This document shows positions 53,705-64,000 of a DNA stretch of 64,000 bases, piece by piece. Both the position numbers and the translations under genes were made by a program. The stretch comes from Candidatus Omnitrophota bacterium (GTDB lineage: Bacteria > Omnitrophota > Gorgyraeia > Zapsychrales > Fredricksoniimonadaceae). Position 1 is the first letter of the stretch. Every line of letters begins with the position of its first letter. Below the pieces are notes generated by a model. It did not search any database. It was not told the DNA's origin and saw nothing but the letters and a program-made list of their open reading frames with translations. The stretch spans positions 100,275 to 164,274 of the forward strand of contig CAIOPG010000006.1 of assembly GCA_903860135.1 (NCBI GenBank), in the 5' to 3' direction.

Positions 53705-55899
53705 ACGAGCAAGACAAGCTCCTCATATCCGCTTACGCCGACGGCGCGCTCTCTCCAGACGATGCCGCTCGTGCCGAAAGCCTCCTGGCCGGTGATCGTG
53801 CGTGCCGGGCCTACCTCGAGGACATCCGTAAGATTTCCATGTCGCTGTCGGTGGTGAAGGACGAACAGCTCTCTCCCGATGCTGAGATCCAGATCATCCA
53901 ACGCTTGCACAAGGAGACAACGTATATGAAACCCAATACATGGAAGACAGCAGCAACCGTGTGCGTGACCATTGTGGTCGCGTTTTTGGTAATGCAGAAT
54001 TATGCACACAGGACATTGCAGGGACGATTAAAGGATGCGAATGTACTGTTTCGTGACAGTATTGGATCAACGTTGAAGTATGAACCGTATTATACAAATA
54101 CAAGTGCCGCTTCGGATAAGTCTTCTGTAAAGCATGCGGAAGGGTATGTTGATTCGACTGTCTATTCAAGCGGTCTAATGCGCGATACTATGTCCCGTAA
54201 CGCAAAGTCTATTGGTACTGATGCTAAAGATGCTTATGGGGGTGTTGCGCCGGGGGTTGATACATCTGTCTATTTCGAAGCGCCTGTAGAAGGGGCTCTC
54301 ATCTTAAAATCTTCTTTCGCTGGTTTTGGAGGGGAGAATGATAAAGTAAGTAATGATATCGGCGATCAGTATTCTACCGCTACTTACGCTAATTATCAGA
54401 GGGGCGTCAGTGCGCTTGATCATCAACAATATACGCCTTCCTACACCGAAGAATACCCCTTCTTCAATGAGAATGAATTCTTGACCACCGACCAGAACCC
54501 GTTGTCCACATTCTCGACAGATGTTGACACGGCCTCTTACAGCAATCTGCGGCGTTATCTGACCCGGAATCAGGTGCCGCCACAGGATGCGGTGCGGCTC
54601 GAGGAGATGATCAATTACTTCTCTTATAATTATCCCAATCCCAAAAATGGGGAACCGTTCTCGATCACGACGGACCTGGCGGTGTGCCCATGGGCCCAGA
54701 AACATTTGCTGTTGCGCATTGGGCTAAAGGGGCGGGTGCCAGACGAAGAAACGCTGCCGGCGAGCAATCTGGTGTTTCTCATTGACGTGTCCGGCTCCAT
54801 GCAAGATGGCAACAAACTGCCCCTTCTTAAAGAAGGTTTCAAGATGATGGTGCGTCAATTGCGCCCTGAAGACCGGGTATCGATCGTTGTTTATGCGGGT
54901 TATGCCGGAAAGGTGCTCGACACCACGTCGGGGTATGACAAGGACGCGATCATTAATGCCATTGATAATCTGCAAGCCGGTGGTTCGACAGCCGGCAATG
55001 AAGGGATTCAGCTGGCGTATCGGACGGCCCGGGAAAGCTTTATCCGGGGCGGGAACAATCGCGTGATCCTGGCCACCGACGGGGATTTTAACGTGGGCTT
55101 GTCGGATATCGGTGCCTTGACGCGCATGATCGAGGATAAACGCCGCGAAGGTGTTTTTCTGACGATATTGGGCGTGGGCAACGGGAATTATAAGGATGAC
55201 CGTTTGCAGGCACTGGCAGATAAAGGCAACGGGAATTATTTCTACCTTGATTCTATCCGCGAAGCTCAGAAAGTCCTGGTCCATGAATTGGGGTCCACTT
55301 TATTCACGATCGCCAAGGACGTGAAGATCCAGGTGGAATTTAATCCGTCGCAGGTCAAGGCCTATCGCTTGCTGGGTTATGAGAAACGCATCATGGCCAA
55401 GCAGGATTTCAATAATGACGCCAAGGATGCCGGCGAGATCGGGGCCGGGCATACGGTCACCGCCTTGTATGAACTGGTGCCCCCCGGTGTTGATGATGTG
55501 CCTGTGAGTGTGGATGATCTCAAATATGCCCGCACCAGGCCGTCATTCGGTGCGGAAGTTTTGACAGTAAAATTGCGTTATAAGGAACCGGACGGGAATG
55601 TGAGCAAGCTTATTACCAAAGGTGTTGGCAAGTCCTGGTTGCAGCTGGAACCATCGGGCGATTTCGCCTGGTCTGCCGCCGTGGCCGAATTCGGGATGCT
55701 GATCAAGGCTTCTTCGAGCCGGGCCAGGGCGTCGTTCGATCATGTCCTTAAAGCCGCCAGGGCAGCCAAAGGAGATGACAGATCCGGCCAGCGCCAGGAG
55801 TTCATCGACATGGTTGAAACCGCCCGGGATATTGTCCCTGAAAGTAATGGGCGGATCAATTTCAAGAGTGAAAAGCGAGAAGAGCGCCGGGAGGATTAG
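53701..55899 (+). CDS. anti-sigma factor (N-terminal zinc-finger-like anti-sigma domain, one TM) with periplasmic VWA domain
   Basis: N-terminal ...LISAYADGALSPDD... anti-sigma motif, a TM (AATVCVTIVVAFLV), a VWA MIDAS motif (LVFLIDVSGSM), and a 4-nt overlap with the sigma gene. Confidence 0.7.
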   Translation: MNEQDKLLISAYADGALSPDDAARAESLLAGDRACRAYLEDIRKISMSLSVVKDEQLSPDAEIQIIQRLHKETTYMKPNTWKTAATVCVTIVVAFLVMQNYAHRTLQGRLKDANVLFRDSIGSTLKYEPYYTNTSAASDKSSVKHAEGYVDSTVYSSGLMRDTMSRNAKSIGTDAKDAYGGVAPGVDTSVYFEAPVEGALILKSSFAGFGGENDKVSNDIGDQYSTATYANYQRGVSALDHQQYTPSYTEEYPFFNENEFLTTDQNPLSTFSTDVDTASYSNLRRYLTRNQVPPQDAVRLEEMINYFSYNYPNPKNGEPFSITTDLAVCPWAQKHLLLRIGLKGRVPDEETLPASNLVFLIDVSGSMQDGNKLPLLKEGFKMMVRQLRPEDRVSIVVYAGYAGKVLDTTSGYDKDAIINAIDNLQAGGSTAGNEGIQLAYRTARESFIRGGNNRVILATDGDFNVGLSDIGALTRMIEDKRREGVFLTILGVGNGNYKDDRLQALADKGNGNYFYLDSIREAQKVLVHELGSTLFTIAKDVKIQVEFNPSQVKAYRLLGYEKRIMAKQDFNNDAKDAGEIGAGHTVTALYELVPPGVDDVPVSVDDLKYARTRPSFGAEVLTVKLRYKEPDGNVSKLITKGVGKSWLQLEPSGDFAWSAAVAEFGMLIKASSSRARASFDHVLKAARAAKGDDRSGQRQEFIDMVETARDIVPESNGRINFKSEKREERRED

Positions 55900-56037
55900 T
55901 CAATAAAGATTATTTTTAAATTCTTTTTCCCCCCTGATGATGGCAGCATCATCAGGGGGTTTCTTTTCCAGATCAAGTGCGCAAAAAGTTCTTAAATTCC
56001 CTTTTCTCCTTCAGCATCTTGGGGTATATTACGGCAT

Positions 56038-56394
56038 ATGCTTCCTGATTATTTTAATATAGTTTTCTTCTTCATGTTGGGCATTGCCTTTGTCGGGGCG
56101 GCGTTTGTGACCTCGTGGCTTATTCGTCCCCGCGCGCCTTCCCAGGCCAAAAATGCGCCGTATGAATGCGGGGAAGTCATCAAAGGGAATTCGCGCGTTC
56201 AGTTCAATATCCGTTATTACCTTGTCACGCTCATCTTTGTTATCTTCGACGTGGAAATACTTTTCACGATCCCGTGGGCGGTTGTTTTCCGGCAGATGGG
56301 CGCGGCGGCGTATTTTGAGATGGTGTTCTTTATTGGTGTGCTTGCCATCGGCCTTGTGTATGCCTGGAAGAAAGGGGCCCTGGAATGGCTGTGA
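56038..56394 (+). CDS. nuoA: NADH:quinone oxidoreductase subunit A
   Basis: ...YECGE...FDVE..LF..PWA consensus, about 118 aa and 3 TM. Confidence 0.85.
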   Translation: MLPDYFNIVFFFMLGIAFVGAAFVTSWLIRPRAPSQAKNAPYECGEVIKGNSRVQFNIRYYLVTLIFVIFDVEILFTIPWAVVFRQMGAAAYFEMVFFIGVLAIGLVYAWKKGALEWL

Positions 56395-56900
56395 ACGAGA
56401 AGATCCTTGGTTCTGAACTGATAGATAAAGTCCCCGGTGGCGGCTTTGTCCTTGCCAAGACCGAAGATCTTTTTAACTGGGCCAAAAGTTCGTCACTGTG
56501 GCCGCTCACCTTCGGCCTGGCTTGCTGTGCCATTGAAATGATGGTCACGGGCGGTCCTCATTATGATATTGACCGGTTCGGTTCCGGTGTTTTTCGTGCC
56601 AGCCCGCGCCAGTGCGATGTGATGATCATTTCGGGAACGATTTGCGTCAAAATGCAGGACAGCATCAAACGGCTTTACGACCAGATGCCCGAACCCAAAT
56701 ACGTGATCGCCATGGGGAATTGCGCCATCAGCGGCGGGATCTTCTACCATGACAGCTATTCTGTTGTTAAGGGCGCCGAGGCGGTGGGGATTCCTGTGGA
56801 TGTATTTGTGGCCGGCTGTCCGCCGCGCCCCGAGAATCTCCTGCACGGGATCATTAAGCTCCAGGAAAAGATCAACAGCCAAAAAGTAAAGACAGCCTGA
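56385..56900 (+). CDS. nuoB: NADH:quinone oxidoreductase subunit B
   Basis: N2-cluster Cys motifs: [10 protein letters not shown], ...GNCAISGG..., GCPPRPE. Confidence 0.9.
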   Translation: MAVNEKILGSELIDKVPGGGFVLAKTEDLFNWAKSSSLWPLTFGLACCAIEMMVTGGPHYDIDRFGSGVFRASPRQCDVMIISGTICVKMQDSIKRLYDQMPEPKYVIAMGNCAISGGIFYHDSYSVVKGAEAVGIPVDVFVAGCPPRPENLLHGIIKLQEKINSQKVKTA

Positions 56901-57352
56901 TGGACATAACCACGATCATCCACAGCCTTCAGGCGAAGTTTCCCGGCATCGTTGTTGGCGCATCCGCTGACCAGCTCATTATTACAAAGGAAGTTGTCAA
57001 GCCAGTATTTGAATTCCTGAAGAATGGCCCGGCGGCATTTACCAGCTTGCATAGCATTACGGCGGTTGATCGTAAAGATACGGTCGAGGTCGTCTATCAT
57101 GTGCATTCGTTCGCGCACCGTGTGATGCTGACCGTGAAGGTGATCCTTGGGAATGACCAGCTTGAGGTGCCATCGTTGACGTTATTGTGGGGCGCGGCTG
57201 ATTGGCTGGAACGTGAGGTCTTTGATCTTTTCGGGGTCCGTTTTGAGGGGCATCCGGATCTGCGCCGTATCCTTAATCCCGACAGCTGGACAGCGCATCC
57301 GTTGCGCAAGGATTTTCAGATGGATGGCATTGTCCCAAGGCCGGTGAAATAG
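56900..57352 (+). CDS. nuoC: NADH:quinone oxidoreductase subunit C
   Basis: 30-kDa subunit consensus (...ERE.FDLFG..F.GHPDLRRIL). Confidence 0.85.
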   Translation: MDITTIIHSLQAKFPGIVVGASADQLIITKEVVKPVFEFLKNGPAAFTSLHSITAVDRKDTVEVVYHVHSFAHRVMLTVKVILGNDQLEVPSLTLLWGAADWLEREVFDLFGVRFEGHPDLRRILNPDSWTAHPLRKDFQMDGIVPRPVK

Positions 57353-57354
57353 CC

Positions 57355-58449
57355 ATGGATTTCCAGGAACTGACCATCAACATGGGCCCGCAGCATCCGT
57401 CGACACACGGGGTGCTTTTCCTTCAGCTTAAGCTCGACGGGGAAGTGATCGTGGACTGCCAGCCGCATATCGGCTATCTCCACCGGTCAATTGAAAAGAT
57501 CGCCGAAAGCCGTTCGCTGGTCCAGTTCATGCCGTTCACCGACCGCCTGGATTATATCGCGTCCATGAACAACAACCTTGGTTTTTGCCTGGCGGCGGAG
57601 AAATTGCTGGGCATCACCGCCTCACCGCGGGCGCAGTATTTAAGGGTGATCGTTGCCGAGCTTAACCGTGTGGCAAGCCATCTGCTGGCCATTGGTACCT
57701 TTGCCCAGGACTTAGGCGCGTATGCCACGCCGCTTTTTTATGCCCTGCGCGACCGTGAGAAAATTATTCAGATATTCGACAAGATCTGCGGCCAGCGGTT
57801 GACCTATAATTATTTAAGGATCGGCGGTGTTGCCGGTGATCTGCCTGCGGGGGCGGATCAGCTGATCAAGGATTTCATGGCGTATCAAAGGCGGATCTTG
57901 CCGGAATATCATGATCTTTTGACGGGGAATGTTATTTTTTGCGCGCGTTCTAAAAACATCGGCGTATTGCCCAAAGAAACAGCGATCAATTACGGCGTCA
58001 CCGGGCCGAATTTGCGCGCCTCGGGTGTTGCCTGGGATCTGCGCAAAGATGAACCTTATCTGGTGTATGACAAATTTGATTTTAACGTCGTGACAGGTGC
58101 CAACGGCGATTCCTGGGACCGGTATGATGTCAGGATGCGCGAGATCGAGGAAAGTTTGAAGATCATCGAACAGGCGCTCGGCGGCTTGCCCGAGGGGGAT
58201 CCTGTGGCCAAGGTCAACAAGGTTTTTCGCCTTAACGGGGAAGCCTATATGCGGACGGAAAACCCGCGCGGCGAACTGGGTTTTTATATCGTGGGTGACG
58301 GCGGGCCTTTACCGTACAGGCTCAAGGTCCGGTCGCCTTCTTTTGCCAACCTTTCGGTGTTATCGGCGATGATCAAGGGGATGAATATTTCTGACGCGGT
58401 GTGTGTGCTCGGCAGTCTTGACATCGTGATGGGGGAGATCGACCGATGA
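57355..58449 (+). CDS. nuoD: NADH:quinone oxidoreductase subunit D
   Basis: MGPQHPSTHGVL near the N-terminus and a C-terminus resembling that of [NiFe]-hydrogenase large subunits. Confidence 0.9.
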   Translation: MDFQELTINMGPQHPSTHGVLFLQLKLDGEVIVDCQPHIGYLHRSIEKIAESRSLVQFMPFTDRLDYIASMNNNLGFCLAAEKLLGITASPRAQYLRVIVAELNRVASHLLAIGTFAQDLGAYATPLFYALRDREKIIQIFDKICGQRLTYNYLRIGGVAGDLPAGADQLIKDFMAYQRRILPEYHDLLTGNVIFCARSKNIGVLPKETAINYGVTGPNLRASGVAWDLRKDEPYLVYDKFDFNVVTGANGDSWDRYDVRMREIEESLKIIEQALGGLPEGDPVAKVNKVFRLNGEAYMRTENPRGELGFYIVGDGGPLPYRLKVRSPSFANLSVLSAMIKGMNISDAVCVLGSLDIVMGEIDR

Positions 58450-59417
58450 ACATACCCTGGCTGGCGCTCTTATCCCTTCTCCTGAAAGGCGTGGCGATCC
58501 TTGCTTTCTTCGCGGTCAATGCCATGTTTTTGATCTGGCTCGAACGCAAAATATCGGCGAAGATCCAAAACCGCCTGGGACCCATGGTGGTCGGCCCGCA
58601 TGGGGCGCTGCAGCTGATCGCGGATACGGTGAAACTTCTCCTGAAAGAGAACATTGTCCCGGCCGAGGCGGATCGTTTGATCTGGTGGCTGGCGCCTTTC
58701 TTTGTGGCGGTACCGACGGTGGCGGCTTTCCTGTGCATTCCTTTCAGCCAGGAGTGGATCGTGGCTGACCTTAATGTGGGCATCCTTTTTATTTGTTCGA
58801 TCACATCCTTGTGCGTGCTGGGGGTATTCATGGCGGGCTGGGGATCGAATAATAAATATTCCCTGCTCGGAGGGATGCGTTCAGCGGCGCAGATCGTCAG
58901 CTATGAAGTGCCCCTGCTTTTATCTGTACTGGTCGTTATCATGGAAGCCGGCACTTTGTCAATGCAGGGCATCGTGCATGCCCAGGAACTGGGCTGGTTC
59001 TGCTTAAAACCCAATGTCCTGCTGGCCTTCCTGATCTATATGATTTCCGCTACCGCCGAGGTGAATCGTGTTCCTTTTGATATACCCGAAGCCGAGTCAG
59101 AGCTTGTGTCCGGGTATCACACGGAATATTCGGGGATGAAGTTTTCCATGTTCTTTCTCGCCGAGTACGCCAATCTCTTTATCATTTCGGCTGTTGCCGC
59201 GACACTCTTTCTCGGCGGCTGGCTGGGGCCGTTGCGTCCGTCTGTTTTTTGGTTTCTGATCAAGGTTTACGGCATCATCAGTTTTCTGATGTGGATCCGC
59301 TGGACATTGCCCCGGGTGCGCATGGATCAGATGATGTCTTTTGCCTGGAAAGTATTAACACCGCTGGCGCTCATCAATGTATTGGTAACCGGATGGCTGC
59401 TGGCGGGCAAAGGTTGA
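58446..59417 (+). CDS. nuoH: NADH:quinone oxidoreductase subunit H
   Basis: ...LIWLERKISAKIQNRLGP... and ...VNRVPFDIPEAESELV.GYHTEYSG... Confidence 0.9.
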   Translation: MNIPWLALLSLLLKGVAILAFFAVNAMFLIWLERKISAKIQNRLGPMVVGPHGALQLIADTVKLLLKENIVPAEADRLIWWLAPFFVAVPTVAAFLCIPFSQEWIVADLNVGILFICSITSLCVLGVFMAGWGSNNKYSLLGGMRSAAQIVSYEVPLLLSVLVVIMEAGTLSMQGIVHAQELGWFCLKPNVLLAFLIYMISATAEVNRVPFDIPEAESELVSGYHTEYSGMKFSMFFLAEYANLFIISAVAATLFLGGWLGPLRPSVFWFLIKVYGIISFLMWIRWTLPRVRMDQMMSFAWKVLTPLALINVLVTGWLLAGKG

Positions 59418-59419
59418 TT

Positions 59420-59878
59420 ATGTGCCAAAAAGTCTATGACATCGTCGCAGGGGTGGTCAGTATCCTCAAAGGCCTTGGGGTTACCGGCAAGAATATGTTC
59501 CGCAAAGCGGTAACCATCGAGTATCCTTTTGAAAAACCGGCCATGACGGCAAGATTCCGTGGCCTGGTCGACTTGCATCCGGAGCAGTGCATCGCCTGTT
59601 CCCAATGCGTCAAGATCTGTCCGACGGCAGCCTTACAGCTTGAAGCCACGACTAACCCCGAGACCAGGAAAAAGTTCCCTGGGGTTTTTACTTACAATGA
59701 AGAATTGTGTTGTTTCTGCGGGTTGTGCCAGGAAGTTTGTCCGACGGCCGCCATATATCTCAATCAATGTTATGAAGTGGCGTATTACAGGCATGATGAC
59801 CTGGTAAAGATCGACCTGTTGAAAGCGGATAAATATGTTCATCTCGCACCGCCGAAGGTGAAGGAGCTCAGGCCATGA
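59420..59878 (+). CDS. nuoI: NADH:quinone oxidoreductase subunit I (2×[4Fe-4S])
   Basis: CIACSQCVKICP and CCFCGLCQEVCP motifs. The start is at the ATG at 59420, after the nuoH stop. Confidence 0.85.
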   Translation: MCQKVYDIVAGVVSILKGLGVTGKNMFRKAVTIEYPFEKPAMTARFRGLVDLHPEQCIACSQCVKICPTAALQLEATTNPETRKKFPGVFTYNEELCCFCGLCQEVCPTAAIYLNQCYEVAYYRHDDLVKIDLLKADKYVHLAPPKVKELRP

Positions 59879-60363
59879 ATGCTGTTGTTTTTTATATGAT
59901 CGCCCTTTTTATCGCTGTGAGCGCGGTCTTGAGCGTGACCGTGCGGGATATCTTTCATGGTGCCGTAGCCTTGACCATGACGCTGTTGGGCATTGCGTTC
60001 CTTTATTTTTATCTCGATGCCGGATTCCTGGGGGTCATTCAGATACTGGTGTATGTCGGCGGGATCATGGCTCTTTTTGTCTTTGCGATCATGTTGACTT
60101 CCAAGATGGGGGACCACAAGATCCCGCAGGTCAATGCGCAGTTTTGGCCCGGGCTTTTGATCGCGGCTGTCCTGTGCGCCGTTTTACTCAAAATCGTTGT
60201 CGACAGCTCCTGGATGCATGCGCAGGCGTCAGCGGTGATCACGGATCTTCAGACGATCGGCCGGTCCCTGGTAACCGGGTATGTGTTGCCGTTTGAATTC
60301 ATCTCCCTTCTTTTATTGGCAGCATTGGTAGGGGCGATTGTGATAGGAAAGGTCCGGCGATGA
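59875..60363 (+). CDS. nuoJ: NADH:quinone oxidoreductase subunit J
   Basis: About 5 TM and a position between nuoI and nuoK. Confidence 0.8.
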   Translation: MNAVVFYMIALFIAVSAVLSVTVRDIFHGAVALTMTLLGIAFLYFYLDAGFLGVIQILVYVGGIMALFVFAIMLTSKMGDHKIPQVNAQFWPGLLIAAVLCAVLLKIVVDSSWMHAQASAVITDLQTIGRSLVTGYVLPFEFISLLLLAALVGAIVIGKVRR

Positions 60364-60661
60364 TCCCTTTAGGCCACATTGTCATGTTAAGCATGTTCCT
60401 TTTTTGTGTGGGTGTGTACGGTATTTTGACCCAGCGGCACGCGATACGGTTTTTAATCTCCGTTGAACTTATCCTCAATGCCGCCAACATCAATCTGGTC
60501 GCATTCAATAAATATTGGGGGACACCCGACGGCCTCGGGCAGGTATTTGCCCTCTTTGTCATCGCGGTGGCGGCGGCCGCGAGTGTTGTCGGGTTGATCC
60601 TCGTGATCGCGGTTTACAGGCTCAGAAAATCAGTTTTCATCGACGATTTCAATTTATTAAA

Positions 60662-60668
<7 letters not shown>
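60360..60668 (+). CDS. nuoK: NADH:quinone oxidoreductase subunit K
   Basis: About 100 aa, 3 TM, with conserved ...SVELILNAANINLVAF... Confidence 0.85.
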
Positions 60669-62484
<1,816 letters not shown>

Positions 62485-62500
<16 letters not shown>

Positions 62501-63942
62501 CATGGATCATTTTTCTTCCGCTGATTGGCGCCCTGGCCGTGGCCCTTATCCCGGCGAGGCATGAAAAGTGTATCCGCGCGACAGCCATAGGATTTAATGC
62601 GTTTGTGTTGGTGGCTGTTGTCGTGTTGTGCGCTGTTTTTGACCGGACGCAAATAGGTATGCAGTTTTCTGAAAGTCATCCGTGGATCCCTCAATTAAAT
62701 ATTTTTTATAGCGTTGGTGTTGACGGCCTCAGCTTGGCACTTGTTTTTCTGACGGCACTATTGGGTTTGCTGGCTTGTTTGGCATCTGGGACCATCACGC
62801 GGCAGGTTAAGGAATATTATCTGGTTTACCAGGTATTGATGATCGGCATGCTCGGGACTTTTCTGGCGCTGGATCTGGTTGTCTTTTACATTTTCTGGGA
62901 AACAGTATTGATCCCCATGTTCTTCCTGATCGGGATATGGGGCGGGGCGCGGCGGGAATATGCGGCTTGGAAATTCTTCTTTTATACACTCGCAGGTTCC
63001 GTGCTCATGCTTTTGGCGATCCTGGGGGTTTATTTTACGTCCACACCGCATTCTTTCAATATGATCGCATTAGCCAATCCTGGCCTACGTATCAATTTTG
63101 GTTTTCAGTGCGTGATGTTCCTGTTATTTTTCCTGGGCTTTGCGGTTAAGGTGCCGGTATTCCCTTTTCATACCTGGTTGCCCGACGCGCACGTTGAAGC
63201 GCCGACGCCTGTGAGCGTGATCCTTGCCGGGGTGTTGCTCAAGATGGGTACCTACGGGCTTTTCAGGATCTGTTTGCCTTTGTTCCCTGATGTGATCCTG
63301 ATCTTTGCTTGGCCTATCGGGATACTTGGGGTTGTTAATCTTATCTATGGTGCCTGCGCGGCTTTTGCGCAGACTGATTTCAAGAAGATGATCGCCTATT
63401 CATCGGTCAGCCATATGGGTTTTGTCCTGCTGGGGCTTGCGGCCATGAACGCCACAGGCTTCAATGGTGCTATCCTTGAGATGTTTAATCATGGGATCAT
63501 CACCGGGGCGATGTTCCTTCTGGTGGGCGTCCTGTACGAGCGTTCGCATACGCGTGAATTGGCCGCATTCGGAGGCCTTGCCTCAACCATGCCACGGTAT
63601 GCTTTTTTTCTGACATTCATGGCACTGGCATCGCTGGGGTTGCCCGGGTTAAGCGGCTTTGTGGGGGAATTTATGACGCTGGCTGGGGTTTTTCCGTATC
63701 ATTCCAAGATCGGCATCGTGGGTTGCGTGGGGCTCATTGCGGTGGCCGCGCTTTTCCTGCTCATGATCAAGCGCGTGCTTTGGGGCAAGCCGCGTGAGGG
63801 CGTTGCCTGGCCGGACATGAACGTGTTCGAAGCCGGCGTGATCTTCCCTTTAGTTGTTTTGACCCTTGTTGTGGGATTTTATCCTGAAGCTGTCTTGCAA
63901 TTTCAAAAAAATGCTGTTGATACCCTGGTGAATTTCTTATGA
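62485..63942 (+). CDS. nuoM: NADH:quinone oxidoreductase subunit M
   Basis: Antiporter-like subunit (...FYIFWETVLIPMFFLIGIWGG...). Confidence 0.9.
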
Positions 63943-64000
63943 TCAACTCTTTGAATTTTATTTCTTCTGAACTCATTGTATTAGCCCTTGGATTGGTTGT
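63939..64000 (+). CDS. nuoN: NADH:quinone oxidoreductase subunit N, 3'-partial (runs off the window)
   Basis: ATG overlapping the nuoM stop, a hydrophobic N-terminus (MINSLNFISSELIVLALGLV), and the expected position. Confidence 0.55.
   Translation, partial: MINSLNFISSELIVLALGLV

Overview
This 64-kb window is one strand-biased, densely packed bacterial chromosomal segment (about 55% GC; TGA, TAA and TAG all terminate genes; adjacent genes often overlap by 4–8 nt). Almost every gene is on the + strand. I saw no rRNA or tRNA genes, no CRISPR array, and no transposase or integrase. In order, the window holds: fabH–fabD, a FadL-family outer-membrane transporter and a second KAS I/II gene; a 7TM-sensor histidine kinase, a stand-alone receiver and a GAF/HD-GYP phosphodiesterase; a complete Bat-type aerotolerance operon (moxR–DUF58–TM protein–batA–batB–batC–batD–batE); an inositol monophosphatase and a YhcH-family protein; ispB followed by a FixCX-like ETF-quinone oxidoreductase and a single-polypeptide EtfB–EtfA fusion; a small degenerate PilZ/CheX/CheY/CheW-fragment module in which the CheY has an in-frame TGA; a minus-strand trypsin-like protease; a large haem and cytochrome region (7-haem membrane cytochrome c, hemA, system-II cytochrome c biogenesis resB/ccsA, a monohaem and an octahaem cytochrome c next to a 692-aa outer-membrane barrel, then the full siroheme-dependent alternative haem pathway: cysG-N, hemC, cobA–hemD, two radical-SAM AhbC/AhbD-type genes, hemB, ahbA, ahbB, hemL); a GT39/ArnT-like glycosyltransferase; a candidate RiPP-like cluster; an ECF sigma factor with an anti-sigma/VWA partner; and an 11-subunit complex I (nuoABCDHIJKLM plus the start of nuoN, with no nuoEFG). 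The most novel item is the RiPP-like cluster at about 44.8–53.0 kb. It combines two paralogous radical-SAM/SPASM enzymes, a small Cys- and Tyr-rich peptide ending in Ser, an ABC exporter, an HPr-kinase-like P-loop protein, a nucleotidyltransferase-family protein, a discrete PqqD-like RRE, and an S26-like peptidase/GNAT fusion whose catalytic positions appear to be Cys/His instead of Ser/Lys. A second notable item is a roughly 146-nt structured intergenic element present twice (36070–36216 and 40967–41111) upstream of haem-pathway sub-operons, with a compensatory base-pair change between the copies.
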